A stretch of 64,000 bases of DNA from Chloroflexia bacterium (lineage in GTDB: Bacteria; Chloroflexota; Chloroflexia; DTKN01), in NCBI GenBank assembly GCA_016928715.1, contig JAFGKG010000219.1:29671-93670 (forward strand), in the 5' to 3' direction. The position numbers and the translations under genes were made by a program. This document shows, in pieces, positions 32,401-41,562 of this stretch (its first letter is position 1; the number at the start of each line of letters is the position of its first letter). Under the pieces are notes generated by a model. It made no database searches. It was not told the DNA's origin and worked only from the letters and a program-made list of their open reading frames with translations.

Positions 32401-33525
32401 ACCGCTGCTCTATATCTCTTTTATCGATCGTTGGTTCACTGGGACCTGGGCCAGATTGGGGCCAGCCTCGACGATCTGTGGCTGGCCTTGGAGCGGGCTC
32501 GCCAAAGCAATACCCCAACGCTGGTGATCGACCTGTTGAATAGCCTGGGCTTTAGCCTGCGTGTTTTGGGCCAGGTCGAGCAGTCCGCTGCCTGTCATCA
32601 AGAGGGGCTGGACCTTGCCAACCGATCAGCATCTCTCTCCGGTAAGAAAGAATCCCTGGTCGGACTCGGTCTTGTCCATGTCTATCAGGGCAATCTCGTG
32701 GGAGGGCGTGCACACCTGGCGCGGTCCGTGCAACTGGCCCGTCTCCTGGGATCAAAGCATCGGGCGACAGCTCTCGCCGCGCTGGCCGAGGGCTGCCTGG
32801 TCAATTGGGACCTAGAACCAGCCCGGTCGTTGGCCCAAAAATCCTTGGGCTTGGCCGAACAAATGGACCTGCTTCCCCTGCAGGTCCACTCGCTGCATTT
32901 GCTGGGCTGGGCCTTGCTTGGACTGGGCTACCCCGAGCAGGCCAGGACCGCACTGGAACAGGCCCTGCACAGGGCTTCCCCACCCGGTTATCCCATGCGG
33001 CGGTGGATGATTCTCGTGGGACTGTCGAATACACTGGCAGAACTGGGCGAACAGGCCGAGTCCGTACGACTGCGGCGACAGGCCGTCAGCCTGGTCCAAG
33101 GGATACTGGACGGCCTGGAAGACGAGGATATAAAGCGTTCTTTTAAATCACAGGGGGCCGTGAGGACATTACTTGGGGAGAGCGAGCCGGTTCCTTTAGA
33201 GTCCGGCCAAACTTGCGTTGGCTTGGCCCGACTGGGGGCGCCCACCGGCAGGCACCTGCTCCCGGAGGAACAGGTGCTCGTGCTGTGGACGGCACAAGTC
33301 GATCCCTTGCCGGGTGAGGACAAGGTCGCCCGCCGCAGGCGCCATATCCTGCACCTGTTGAGCGAGGCTGCTGTGCAGGGCGGCGATCCCACAGAGGCCG
33401 ATTTGGCCGCCGTCCTCGGAGTGAGTACGCGCACCGTGCGCAGCGACGTCGCCGCTCTGCGCGCGTCCGGCCGGACGATCCGCACCCGCGGCGGCCGGAC
33501 GACCACAAGGCGGGCTCCCGCGTAA
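29470..33525 (+). CDS. SARP-type (wHTH-BTAD) transcriptional regulator with STAND AAA ATPase, TPRs and C-terminal HTH (DUF1670-like)
   Basis: N-terminal LFGGL...LFAYL, LYRGDFLDG, DPLHE; Walker A GRAGEGKT, Walker B LDDLHWAD, TGGNPF; TPR array; C-terminal EA..QGG.PT..DLA..LGVS.RTVRSD. Confidence 0.88.
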   Translation: MGTLRIFLFGGLHLSYGQQHLPTFPTQKTRSLFAYLVTFRDRPHAREDLARTFWRHSPLDRARRSLNTTVWRLRRIVPPGYLQSVGEQLAFEPSGDYWVDVVAFEQALQQAGWTPGRDASSFFPAHPQAFEALQRAAELYRGDFLDGFGEEWRLVEAERLRSLYLQALKQLLAGYRDRGDDEQALQIAQRLLQLDPLHEQAHQQAIELYARLGRMKDAHTQFETCRRLLREELDVKPMPETVSVYQRICRTSPNAALPPPSSNLPFSDQSIPGPLSRSPFDNFGQVPMVGQEQVWSSLLSRFSLAARGEGGLVMLMGRAGEGKTRLAQELARYAKSRGWLSLWGNCHEFKEPPPYQAWTEALRSALSWLGRQNWNLLPSACLSEITLLLPELGRLLPSLPPPANVPAPQRREQLQQALWGFLLGLGRVRPCLVVLDDLHWADEATLQALASLTRLPDCPLLILGTTRSDEQPPLLHTLLQEGTDTEALQQYKLKPLSRSEVGELSQALLGRALPDALFVERLYQETGGNPFYIIESLKGLYEQGLLSQDRQGRWHLEQDSTQLLQADWPLPRGIGQVVRRRLEQLARNECALLELAAVLGRRMPFDLLWQSSGWSEERVLEVTDELLRRQFLVEGDDALRFVHDHVRQIIYQGIGPARRQFLHRRAGEVLEAYDAGCIEELAHHFFLSRQLERAMPYCLQAGNRAMSLYAYQSALTYYNWIVQAAQELGEIEHATELLRAYECFGYVWGHLGNIDRALENYAAMRQVAQSAKNWAAVARSERRVAWVYGSMLHDWNEGLSRARQAGQLAREAEDWRETVIAMLDTGFFHNMLGQYAQALDTLQQALALSREQGEAGPAAHCLQYIGLAQQALGQYQESQTAFQEALQVFVEIGNRWAQASTWADLGYLYLSMGNLALAEDSFFKTQSVLNDTVSYLGSPYELIGLAAVQRWRGACAKSLEWLDQASKVGHRFEESHYTAALYLFYRSLVHWDLGQIGASLDDLWLALERARQSNTPTLVIDLLNSLGFSLRVLGQVEQSAACHQEGLDLANRSASLSGKKESLVGLGLVHVYQGNLVGGRAHLARSVQLARLLGSKHRATALAALAEGCLVNWDLEPARSLAQKSLGLAEQMDLLPLQVHSLHLLGWALLGLGYPEQARTALEQALHRASPPGYPMRRWMILVGLSNTLAELGEQAESVRLRRQAVSLVQGILDGLEDEDIKRSFKSQGAVRTLLGESEPVPLESGQTCVGLARLGAPTGRHLLPEEQVLVLWTAQVDPLPGEDKVARRRRHILHLLSEAAVQGGDPTEADLAAVLGVSTRTVRSDVAALRASGRTIRTRGGRTTTRRAPA

Positions 33526-33614
33526 GCGGGGGGGATTTGCGTTCTTTGGGGTGGCCGCCCCGGCTGCGCCGGGGTTGGATCGTGGGCACCTGCTCCGGAA
33601 ATAGACCGTAAAGG

Positions 33615-33820
33615 CGTCCGCCTGCGCGGACGCCCGGCCAAAGGCCCGTCAGGCTTCAGCCGGCGCTTGAATTCCCCAGGCGGCTAAAGCCTCTGCTGGG
33701 GGGACTCAAACCGCATGCCATGCCCGCTTTTGGCCCGGCGGTATGCTGGAGCACAGAAACTTCAAGTTTCTGGGTAGCGCAGTCGAGGAATCGCGTGGAT
33801 AGCAAAACGATTCCTCGTCT
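33615..33820. repeat. Cluster of short palindromic (REP-like) elements
   Basis: GCGTCCGC-ctgc-GCGGACGC; AGGCTTCAGCCG...CGGCTAAAGCCT; CAGAAACTT-C-AAGTTTCTG; CGAGGAATCG...CGATTCCTCG (also present at 61.8 kb). Confidence 0.6.
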
Positions 33821-33860
33821 CCGGGCCAAACCCGGCGGAGTTTGGGAGCAAAAGTCGGCG

Positions 33861-33900
33861 GAGCCATGTGCCAGACTCGGCTGAGTCATGTGCCAGACTC
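33861..33900 (+). promoter_or_regulatory. 18-bp direct repeat with 22-bp period, candidate operator
   Basis: GAGCCATGTGCCAGACTC (33861-33878) and GAGTCATGTGCCAGACTC (33883-33900); TATACT at 33960-33965. Confidence 0.6.
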
Positions 33901-33995
33901 TCGCCTCATTTTTTCCTCATGGTTCCTCCCTACAGCCGATCCTTGTGATAGCCTTCGACTATACTGGGTCCAACGATTGCATTCAAGGAGCGCCC

Positions 33996-34229
33996 ATGAC
34001 GTTAATTCCGCGCCGCAGCGCCGCCTTTGTCGTCCGCATCTGGTGGGAACGCCCCGAAGGGGAGCAGTCGCTCTGGCGGGGCCAGGCGATCCACACGGAC
34101 AGCCGCCAGGTTCAGTACTTCGACTGTCTGGAGGATCTGTTGGAATTCATCGAAACCTGGACGGGCGAACTGCATGGACAGTCACCGTCCTCTGAGGCCT
34201 CCCCAAAGGCCCCGAGAAAAATGGGGTAG
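33996..34229 (+). CDS. 77-aa hypothetical protein (FVVRIWWE...WRG...H...F..L..L..FI)
   Basis: AAGGAG RBS; ends 4 nt before the next ATG. Confidence 0.75.
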   Translation: MTLIPRRSAAFVVRIWWERPEGEQSLWRGQAIHTDSRQVQYFDCLEDLLEFIETWTGELHGQSPSSEASPKAPRKMG

Positions 34230-34233
34230 GATA

Positions 34234-36072
34234 ATGGACCCGGAAATTTACCCTCGAAACAAGCCTGGAGGTCTCCCCAGTGCAAACGCCCCCGGCAAAA
34301 AGCACTTGGCCCCACCGGCGCTCAGCCGGCGCCGCTTCCTGCTGGGGTTGGCGGCCGCTCTGGCCTGGATCGCCGGCGGCTGTGGCCGGCGGCCCCGGCC
34401 AGGAGACCCGGCCGCAGTGCCCACGACCGCCCCGACCCGGGCCGCCACTCCGGCTGCCACAGCGTCTTTCAGCCCCGTACCCTCCGGCGAGGCCGCCGAC
34501 CTGGTCCTGCGCGGCGGCAAGGTCATCACGGTCGATCCGGCGGACACGATCGCCCAGGCGGTAGCCGTCAAGAACGGCCTCATCCAGGCCGTGGGCACGG
34601 ACGCCGACGTGGCCCCGTACCTGGGCGCGGCCACCCGGATCGTGGAACTGGCCGGCCGGGCCCTTACCCCGGGCCTGATCGATCCCCACAACCACTTCCA
34701 GGTGATGGGCCAAATGAGTGCTTTCTACGTGCCCTTTATGCCACCCGAGGTACACACCATCGCCGAACTGCAGGAAAAGCTGGCCGAGGTGGTGGCCCAG
34801 ACCCCCGAGGGGGAATGGGTCAAGGGCTACTTCCTGGTCGTCACCGAGGGCCGGCTGCCCACCCGGCACGACCTGGACCCGGTCTCGCCCAACCATCCCG
34901 TGTTTATCCTGCAGCAGGGCGGCCATTACGGCTCGGCCAACAGCCTGGCCCTGCAGATGGCCGGCATCACAGCCGATACGCCCAGCCCACCGGGCGGCTT
35001 GATTGAAAAAGGAGACGACGGAGAGCCCACCGGCGTCTTTTATAACCACCGGGCCATGGACCTGCTGCGGCGGGTGATCCCCTTCTTTACAATGGAGGAC
35101 GTACACCAGTACATCCTCTCCACCCAGCCCATGTTTGCCGCGGCGGGGGTGACCAGTTTTCAGGACAACAACGTGCGCGGCGTCGAGACGGTGCACACCT
35201 ACATGGACGTGGCCCGGGCCGGCCAGCTCTACCTGCGCGGCGCGGTCTATTATACGCTCGAGTGGCCCAGCGACCTAGAGCGGGCGCTGCACGAGATGGA
35301 TCGCTACAGCGACGATTTCATACGCTTTGCCGGCTTTAAATTCCTCCTCGACGGCCAGTCCCACATGGCCTACTGCCACGAGCCCCACAACGGGGTGCGC
35401 TGGGACATGCCCACCTGGGACCCGCAGACCTTCAAGGACGCCGTGCGCCAATTGCACGACACCGGCCTGCAGATCTGCGTGCACTGCGTCGGGGACGCCG
35501 CCGTGGACCTGACACTGGACGCCTACGAGGGGGCCATGGACGCCAACCCCCGTCCCGACCCCCGCCACCGCATCGAACACTGCATCCTGTCCACGCCGCG
35601 GGCGATCCAGCGCATGGCCGACCTGGGCGTGGTGGTCAGCACCCAGCCGCAGTTCCTGCGCCTGGGCGGGAACTTGTGGGCCCAAACTTTTGGCGAGGAA
35701 CGGGCCCGCCGGATTATGGTCACCCGGGAGTGGCTTGACGCCGGCGTCCCCCTGGCCCTGGGCTCCGACGCCCCGACGACCCCCTGGTACACGCCCCAGG
35801 TCACCCTCTTTGGCGCGGTCACCCGTATCAGCGGCAGTAACGAGTTCCACGAACCCGACCAGGCCCTGACCATCCAGGAGGCCCTGCGCGCCCACACCAT
35901 GGGCGCGGCCTACGCCGGCCACCAGGAGCAGGTCAAGGGATCGATCGAGGTGGGCAAGCTGGCCGACCTGGTCGTCTGGAATGCCGATCCCTACACCGTG
36001 CCGGTGAAGGATCTGTGGACGACGACGATCGATATGACCATCGTCGATGGCCAGATCGTGTACCAGGTGTAG
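34234..36072 (+). CDS. Tat-exported amidohydrolase (YtcJ/NfdA-like, amidohydro_3), probable lipoprotein
   Basis: SRRRFL Tat motif and AGGC lipobox; PGLIDPHNH, HCVGD, RIEH, GSDAP, GSIEVGKLADLVV. Confidence 0.9.
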   Translation: MDPEIYPRNKPGGLPSANAPGKKHLAPPALSRRRFLLGLAAALAWIAGGCGRRPRPGDPAAVPTTAPTRAATPAATASFSPVPSGEAADLVLRGGKVITVDPADTIAQAVAVKNGLIQAVGTDADVAPYLGAATRIVELAGRALTPGLIDPHNHFQVMGQMSAFYVPFMPPEVHTIAELQEKLAEVVAQTPEGEWVKGYFLVVTEGRLPTRHDLDPVSPNHPVFILQQGGHYGSANSLALQMAGITADTPSPPGGLIEKGDDGEPTGVFYNHRAMDLLRRVIPFFTMEDVHQYILSTQPMFAAAGVTSFQDNNVRGVETVHTYMDVARAGQLYLRGAVYYTLEWPSDLERALHEMDRYSDDFIRFAGFKFLLDGQSHMAYCHEPHNGVRWDMPTWDPQTFKDAVRQLHDTGLQICVHCVGDAAVDLTLDAYEGAMDANPRPDPRHRIEHCILSTPRAIQRMADLGVVVSTQPQFLRLGGNLWAQTFGEERARRIMVTREWLDAGVPLALGSDAPTTPWYTPQVTLFGAVTRISGSNEFHEPDQALTIQEALRAHTMGAAYAGHQEQVKGSIEVGKLADLVVWNADPYTVPVKDLWTTTIDMTIVDGQIVYQV

Positions 36073-36209
36073 CCTCCCTGGAATGGCAATGTGGTCAGTA
36101 GATCGTGAAGGACAGCCTGGTCATCCAAGGCCCGATCTTGACTGAGAAAGGAGGAGACCCGAAAACTTGAAGCCCGCCCCATTACGCATGTTGTCAAGGA
36201 GGAAAAGGA

Positions 36210-39200
36210 ATGAACAGCAAGCAAGTTTCGTCTTTATTCGTGTTGATACTCGTACTCCTGGCGTCCTGGCCTGTACTGGCCCGCCCGGCCCCACGGCCCA
36301 CCGGTCCTGCAGCGGCCCCCCAGGCCCTGCTGGATACCAGCCAGGGCAGCGACATCCTCGTCTCAACCGCCAATGGCTCCCAGGAATGCCCTGACGTCGC
36401 CTACAATCCTACCGCCAACCAATACCTGGTCGTCTGGCACGACCCGCGCGGACAGGACAGCGATATCTATGGCCAACTCTATTCCTTCCAGGGGGTGCCT
36501 TTGGGCGAGCCCCTGGCCATCTGCACCACTAATGGCTCCCAGTATATGCCCGCCGTCGCCTACAACGAGACGGCCGACGAGTACATGGTCATCTGGTCGG
36601 AGTATTTGGCTCCCCTGCTCTGGATCGGCGGCCAACGGGTGGCGGCGGACGGCAGCCTGGTCGGTGATCGCTTCCAGGTCACCCTAGCCTCGAACGAGAC
36701 GGTCCATGATCCCGACCTAGTCTACGACCCCAACGCTGACCACTACCTGGCCGTCTGGGATAACGAGAGCCAGGAGCAGGTCGCGGCCCAACTGCTGGAC
36801 GGCAATGGCACCCGCCTGCTGGCCGATCCGTTGGTGGTCGAGACCAATGCGGCCGACCCCAAGGCGGCCTATGACAACGACCGCGCCAGCTATATGGTCG
36901 TTTTCGAGCAGGAGCAGGATATCGCGGCCCAGGCCGTCGCCGGCGATGGCTCCCTGAGTGGGGGCACCATCCCCATCTGCTCGCATCCGGCCCAGCAGGG
37001 CTACCCAGACATTGTCTTTAACTCCAAGTACTATGAGTATGTGATCGTCTGGCAGGACTGGCGCAACGACGCTGCCAGCGGCCAGGACATCTATGGCCGG
37101 CGCATCGACCAGGACGGCAACTTTGCCGACGAGATCGCCATCTCGACGGCGCTCAGAAACCAGGCCCAGCCGACAGTGGGCTACAACCCCGACCGGCAGC
37201 AGTACATTGTGTTGTGGAATGACTACCGCAACGAGTTGGCCGGCAGCATGGCCGACATCTATGGCCAGCGGCTCAACATGCTCGGCGAGTTGGCCGAGCA
37301 AGGCAACTTTGCCGTCGCCACGGCCTATCATAATCAGTTTTCCCCGGCCGTCGCTTATAACGACAACGCCCACCAGTACCTGGTGGTCTGGGCCGACTAT
37401 CGCGGCACCTGGTTTTCAGAGATTCACGGACAGCGCCTGCACTGGCTGGGGCTGCCCCTGGGCTACGAGCTGGACATCTCGGCCGCCCTGGAATCGCACG
37501 AGGAACCCGCCGTGGTCTATAACAGCACCAACCAGGAGTATTTTGTGGTCTGGGCCGACGACCGCGACGGCGACGGAGATCACGATATCTGGGGCCAGCG
37601 CTACAGTGGCGCTGGCCGGCCACTGGAGAGCAACATGCCCCTGCGGCAGGAGCCCGGGGAGGAAACCCGCCCCGTCGTCGCCTACAACCACGATCTCGAC
37701 CAGTACCTGGTGGTCTGGGACGATCTGACCGAGGGGGACGTCGAGGCCCAGTTGTTCAACGCCCAGGGCCTTCCACTGGGCAATGCCTTTAACGTCGCCG
37801 CCGGTTCCGGGCCCGCCGTGTCCTATTCCAACGGAGAGTACCTGGTCGTCTTTGAGAGCAACGCCGGCGGGGACTGGGATATCCTGGGGCGTTTCGTGCA
37901 GCCGGACGGCGACATGCGCAGTCAGGCCTTTATCATCAACGCCGCGGCCGACAACCAAGCCCAGCCGGCCCTGGTCTATGCCCCACAGTCGCTTTCGTAC
38001 CTGGTCGTCTGGAGCGACCAGCAGGCCGACGAGGGCGACGTCTATGGCCAGCGCGTCGAGGTCGGCACCGGGGATCTTCTCTACGACGTGATCCCCATCG
38101 CCACCGCCGCCGATGCCCAAAGCTATCCGGACGTAACCGTTAACAGCACCGACGGGAATTTCTTGGTGGTTTGGCACGACTATCGCGACTCGGGCAGCAG
38201 CGGGACGGACGTGTACGGCCAGATGGTAACCCCCGGCGGAGTGCCGCTGGGGAACAACATCGCCGTCTGCACCGCCGAAGATGACCAGCAGTACCCCTAC
38301 GTCAACTATGTCCAGGATATGGACAGCTATTACGTGGGCTGGCAGGACAACCGCGACACCAACACCGGCTGGGACATCTATGGCCGCTGGCTGAACGCCG
38401 ATGGCTCGATGGGCAGCCTGCAGTTGCCGACCTTTTCATACGCGGGCTGGCAGCTAAAACCGGCCGGGGCCTACAACCCCGACCGCAGCGAGGGCATTGT
38501 CGTCTGGCAGGACGGCCGCAATGGCGAGGCCTACAAGATCGTGGCCCGCCTGGGCGTATTGGATCGGCAGCCCCCGGTGGCCCGCTTTACCCGCCAGCCG
38601 GAGGTTGGCTTTGCCGGCACCACCTTTACCTTTGACGCCCGCAGCAGCAGCGACAACGCCACCCCCGCCGGCCTGCTCCTGGTGCGCTGGGATTGGACCA
38701 GCGACGGCAGTTGGGACACCCTGCCCAACCTAAGCAAGGTGGTCACCCAGACCGTGATGAATCCCGGCGTGTATACCGTCACCCTGGGGGTGTGGGACAT
38801 GATGCTGCTCAGCGATACCGTCTCCTACCCCATCGTGGTCCTCACCCCGACGGGGAACACGCCCCCCACGGCCACCCTGTACGTCTCGCCCACGCTCGCC
38901 CCCGCAGGATCGAGCTTTTTCTTTGACGCTTCCGATTCCACCGACCCCGAGGGGTCGCTGTCGGCCCGCTGGGATTGGCAGAACGATGGGCAGTGGGACA
39001 CGGGCTTTGCCCCAGGGTTGACCTCAACCCACGTCTATACCGAGTCCGGGGACTATGTCATGCGGGTGGAGGTGCGGGACGACGAGGGCCTGACCGACGC
39101 CATCCTGGGCCAACTGACGGTGGTACCGGCGGAACTGGTTGAACTGCAGGTTTTGCCCGGACAGGGCAACGTGATGCCCGGGATCGTGATCCCCTATTGG

Positions 39201-39872
39201 GCACAGGGTTGGGACCGCTATGACAACCTGATCGCCAACCCGGCGGTGGAATGGTCGGTCACCGACCCCAACGCGGGCGTGATCGACGCCAACGGCATCT
39301 TTACGGCCGGCCAAAAGGCCGGCGATTACCCCGACAGCATCCTGGGCCAGAGCAATGGGGTCAGCGACACGGCTTCGATAAACATCTTTACCCTGTACTA
39401 CGAGAACTACCTGCCCCTGGTGTTCAAGGGGGCCGGCGAGGTATCGGAAACCGAGTATTCTTACGACGACGGCACCATGGAGAGCACCGTCTCCTGGGAG
39501 ACCGGCCGGGGCTATGCCGTCTGTTTCAGCGTGCCGGCCGCCAACCCCCAGCTCTTGCGCCTACGCTACTATCTGCAGGACCCCCAGCCCATCGAGGTCC
39601 ACGTCTGGAGCAGCGATACCCATACCGATCTGATCACCCCCTTCCAGGCCGAGCCCACAGCGGAGGGCTGGAACGACGTGGACCTGTCCGCCTACAACCT
39701 GATGCCCGGCCCGGTCTTTTGCGCCGGCTTTTTGCACCTGGAGGACTATCGCCCCACCCTGGGAGTCGACACGACCTCCCCGGTATACAAAAGCTACGAG
39801 GTGGACGGGGCCTACTGGGAGGAACAGGGCGGCTACAACGCCATGATTCGGGTGGTGTATACCGAGCCCTAA
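36210..39872 (+). CDS. Large secreted protein: 14 beta-propeller-like repeats, 2 PKD domains, Ig-like domain, YLPLV motif, C-terminal beta domain
   Basis: Sec signal peptide; repeats P.VAYN....YLVVW.D.R.....DIYGQR; PKD motifs FDA..S.D...WDW..DG.WD. Confidence 0.85.
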   Translation: MNSKQVSSLFVLILVLLASWPVLARPAPRPTGPAAAPQALLDTSQGSDILVSTANGSQECPDVAYNPTANQYLVVWHDPRGQDSDIYGQLYSFQGVPLGEPLAICTTNGSQYMPAVAYNETADEYMVIWSEYLAPLLWIGGQRVAADGSLVGDRFQVTLASNETVHDPDLVYDPNADHYLAVWDNESQEQVAAQLLDGNGTRLLADPLVVETNAADPKAAYDNDRASYMVVFEQEQDIAAQAVAGDGSLSGGTIPICSHPAQQGYPDIVFNSKYYEYVIVWQDWRNDAASGQDIYGRRIDQDGNFADEIAISTALRNQAQPTVGYNPDRQQYIVLWNDYRNELAGSMADIYGQRLNMLGELAEQGNFAVATAYHNQFSPAVAYNDNAHQYLVVWADYRGTWFSEIHGQRLHWLGLPLGYELDISAALESHEEPAVVYNSTNQEYFVVWADDRDGDGDHDIWGQRYSGAGRPLESNMPLRQEPGEETRPVVAYNHDLDQYLVVWDDLTEGDVEAQLFNAQGLPLGNAFNVAAGSGPAVSYSNGEYLVVFESNAGGDWDILGRFVQPDGDMRSQAFIINAAADNQAQPALVYAPQSLSYLVVWSDQQADEGDVYGQRVEVGTGDLLYDVIPIATAADAQSYPDVTVNSTDGNFLVVWHDYRDSGSSGTDVYGQMVTPGGVPLGNNIAVCTAEDDQQYPYVNYVQDMDSYYVGWQDNRDTNTGWDIYGRWLNADGSMGSLQLPTFSYAGWQLKPAGAYNPDRSEGIVVWQDGRNGEAYKIVARLGVLDRQPPVARFTRQPEVGFAGTTFTFDARSSSDNATPAGLLLVRWDWTSDGSWDTLPNLSKVVTQTVMNPGVYTVTLGVWDMMLLSDTVSYPIVVLTPTGNTPPTATLYVSPTLAPAGSSFFFDASDSTDPEGSLSARWDWQNDGQWDTGFAPGLTSTHVYTESGDYVMRVEVRDDEGLTDAILGQLTVVPAELVELQVLPGQGNVMPGIVIPYWAQGWDRYDNLIANPAVEWSVTDPNAGVIDANGIFTAGQKAGDYPDSILGQSNGVSDTASINIFTLYYENYLPLVFKGAGEVSETEYSYDDGTMESTVSWETGRGYAVCFSVPAANPQLLRLRYYLQDPQPIEVHVWSSDTHTDLITPFQAEPTAEGWNDVDLSAYNLMPGPVFCAGFLHLEDYRPTLGVDTTSPVYKSYEVDGAYWEEQGGYNAMIRVVYTEP

Positions 39873-39905
39873 ATCGAGCAAGCCTTTAGCATTGTAACTG
39901 GAGCT

Positions 39906-39958
39906 AGTGGTAGAGACGGGCTTCAGCCATCCGCAGGATGGCCCCCGTCTCTACCACT
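39906..39958. repeat. GTAG-type REP-like palindrome / possible terminator
   Basis: 15-bp inverted repeat AGTGGTAGAGACGGG...CCCGTCTCTACCACT with inner hairpin GCCATCC-GCA-GGATGGC. Confidence 0.65.
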
Positions 39959-40059
39959 CTGACCAGGTACTGGTAATCAAAAAAGTTGCGTTTCCCTTTT
40001 GCTTGCTCTATAATGGGGCCATTGAGGGTGCTCGCTTGTACTGGCAGGAAAGTGTCACC

Positions 40060-41559
40060 ATGACCTGGCCCCGTCGCTTGAAGGAATGGCTGGATCCACT
40101 TCCGGACAAACATCGGGAGTTGGCCAAAGAATTTGAGGCAGCCATGCAGGCGGATCTGTGGCAGATCGCGCCCCGCCTCGGACTGGCCGCAGCGCTGCTT
40201 TTTGGGGCGCTGTCCGTCCTCGATGCGCTTTTTTACCCGGACCGCTTTGGCACCATGCTGGTGCTGCGCCTGCTGCAGCTACTGCTCTGCGGCCTGGCGG
40301 CCGGCCTGGCCAGATGGCGGGCCAACCAAGGCTCACTCTATCCCTGGGGGCCCCTGCTGGTAGCCCTGCTGCTCGGCCTGACCCAGTCCTTGCTCGTGGT
40401 CAGCCAGGACCCGCAGGGCTCCTACCTGTTGACTATGCTGCTGCTGGGCCTCGTCCTGCTAATCCTGCCCTGGTCCACGCTCTGGACCGCCTTGCTGAGT
40501 GCTCTCTCTGCCCTGAGCCACCTGGCCCTGGGACTTTTTCTCCTGCCCCGGAGCGAGGATGGTCGGGCCTTTCTGCTCTCCAGCCTGCTGCTGGGACTCT
40601 GTTGGCCAGCCTTTTGCCTACTGCACCGCTTTTTGCGGCGCCTGCGCTGGGATACCTTTCTCAACTACCACCGCCTCGAGTCCGTCTCGGCCGAAAATGC
40701 CTCCCTCTACGAGGAGATCATTCGCTTCAACGAGCAATTGGAGGAACAAATCCGCACGCGCACCCAGGATCTGCGGGAGGCCTATAATCAATTAGAGTGC
40801 CTGGATCAGAACAAGTCGGACTTTATCCACATGATCGCCCACGAACTGCGCACCCCCATGACCGTCTTTGGCGGCTACAGCCAGATGCTGCTCGCCGATC
40901 CCGCCATCCAACAGGACCGATCCCTCGCGCAGATGGTAGGCAACATCCGCTCCAGTTCACGGCAACTGCAGGAAATCGTCAACACGATGCTGGATGTGGT
41001 CAAATTGGAGAGCGGTGTTTTTGAGCTGGCCGTCGAGCCGGTACTGCTCTCGGTGATCTTTTATCGGCTGCAGCAATTATTCGAACCCGTCTTGTTGGAA
41101 CGACACCTGTCCTTGAAAATCGACCCCCTGGAGGCACTACCGGCCATCGAGGGGGACGCGGAGGCCCTTTACAAGGTCTTTTACAACCTGGTGATCAATT
41201 CGATCAAATATACCCCCGATGGTGGACACATCTGCGTCAGCGGCCAGATCCGGTCGGCCGAAGCGAACGGGCTGGCCGTGGACGCAGTGGAACTGGTGGT
41301 CCAGGACAGCGGTATTGGTATCGATCCCCAGCACCACGAACTGGTCTTTACCAAGTTTTACCGGGCCGACGATACCGACCGGCACTCCTCGGGCCAGACC
41401 AAGTTCAAGGGCGGCGGGCCGGGGCTGGGCCTGGCCATCGCCCGAGGAATCGTCCAGGCGCACGGGGGCCGCATCTGGATAGAAAGTACCGGCCGCGATG
41501 AACGAGACTGCCCCGGCAGTTGCTTCTACGTCCTGCTGCCCCGGCAGCAATCGAGGTGA
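40060..41559 (+). CDS. Membrane sensor histidine kinase
   Basis: About 6 TMs; AHELRTP, NLVINSIKYTPDGG, DSGIGI, GGGPGLGLAI. Confidence 0.9.
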   Translation: MTWPRRLKEWLDPLPDKHRELAKEFEAAMQADLWQIAPRLGLAAALLFGALSVLDALFYPDRFGTMLVLRLLQLLLCGLAAGLARWRANQGSLYPWGPLLVALLLGLTQSLLVVSQDPQGSYLLTMLLLGLVLLILPWSTLWTALLSALSALSHLALGLFLLPRSEDGRAFLLSSLLLGLCWPAFCLLHRFLRRLRWDTFLNYHRLESVSAENASLYEEIIRFNEQLEEQIRTRTQDLREAYNQLECLDQNKSDFIHMIAHELRTPMTVFGGYSQMLLADPAIQQDRSLAQMVGNIRSSSRQLQEIVNTMLDVVKLESGVFELAVEPVLLSVIFYRLQQLFEPVLLERHLSLKIDPLEALPAIEGDAEALYKVFYNLVINSIKYTPDGGHICVSGQIRSAEANGLAVDAVELVVQDSGIGIDPQHHELVFTKFYRADDTDRHSSGQTKFKGGGPGLGLAIARGIVQAHGGRIWIESTGRDERDCPGSCFYVLLPRQQSR

Positions 41560-41562
41560 TCC

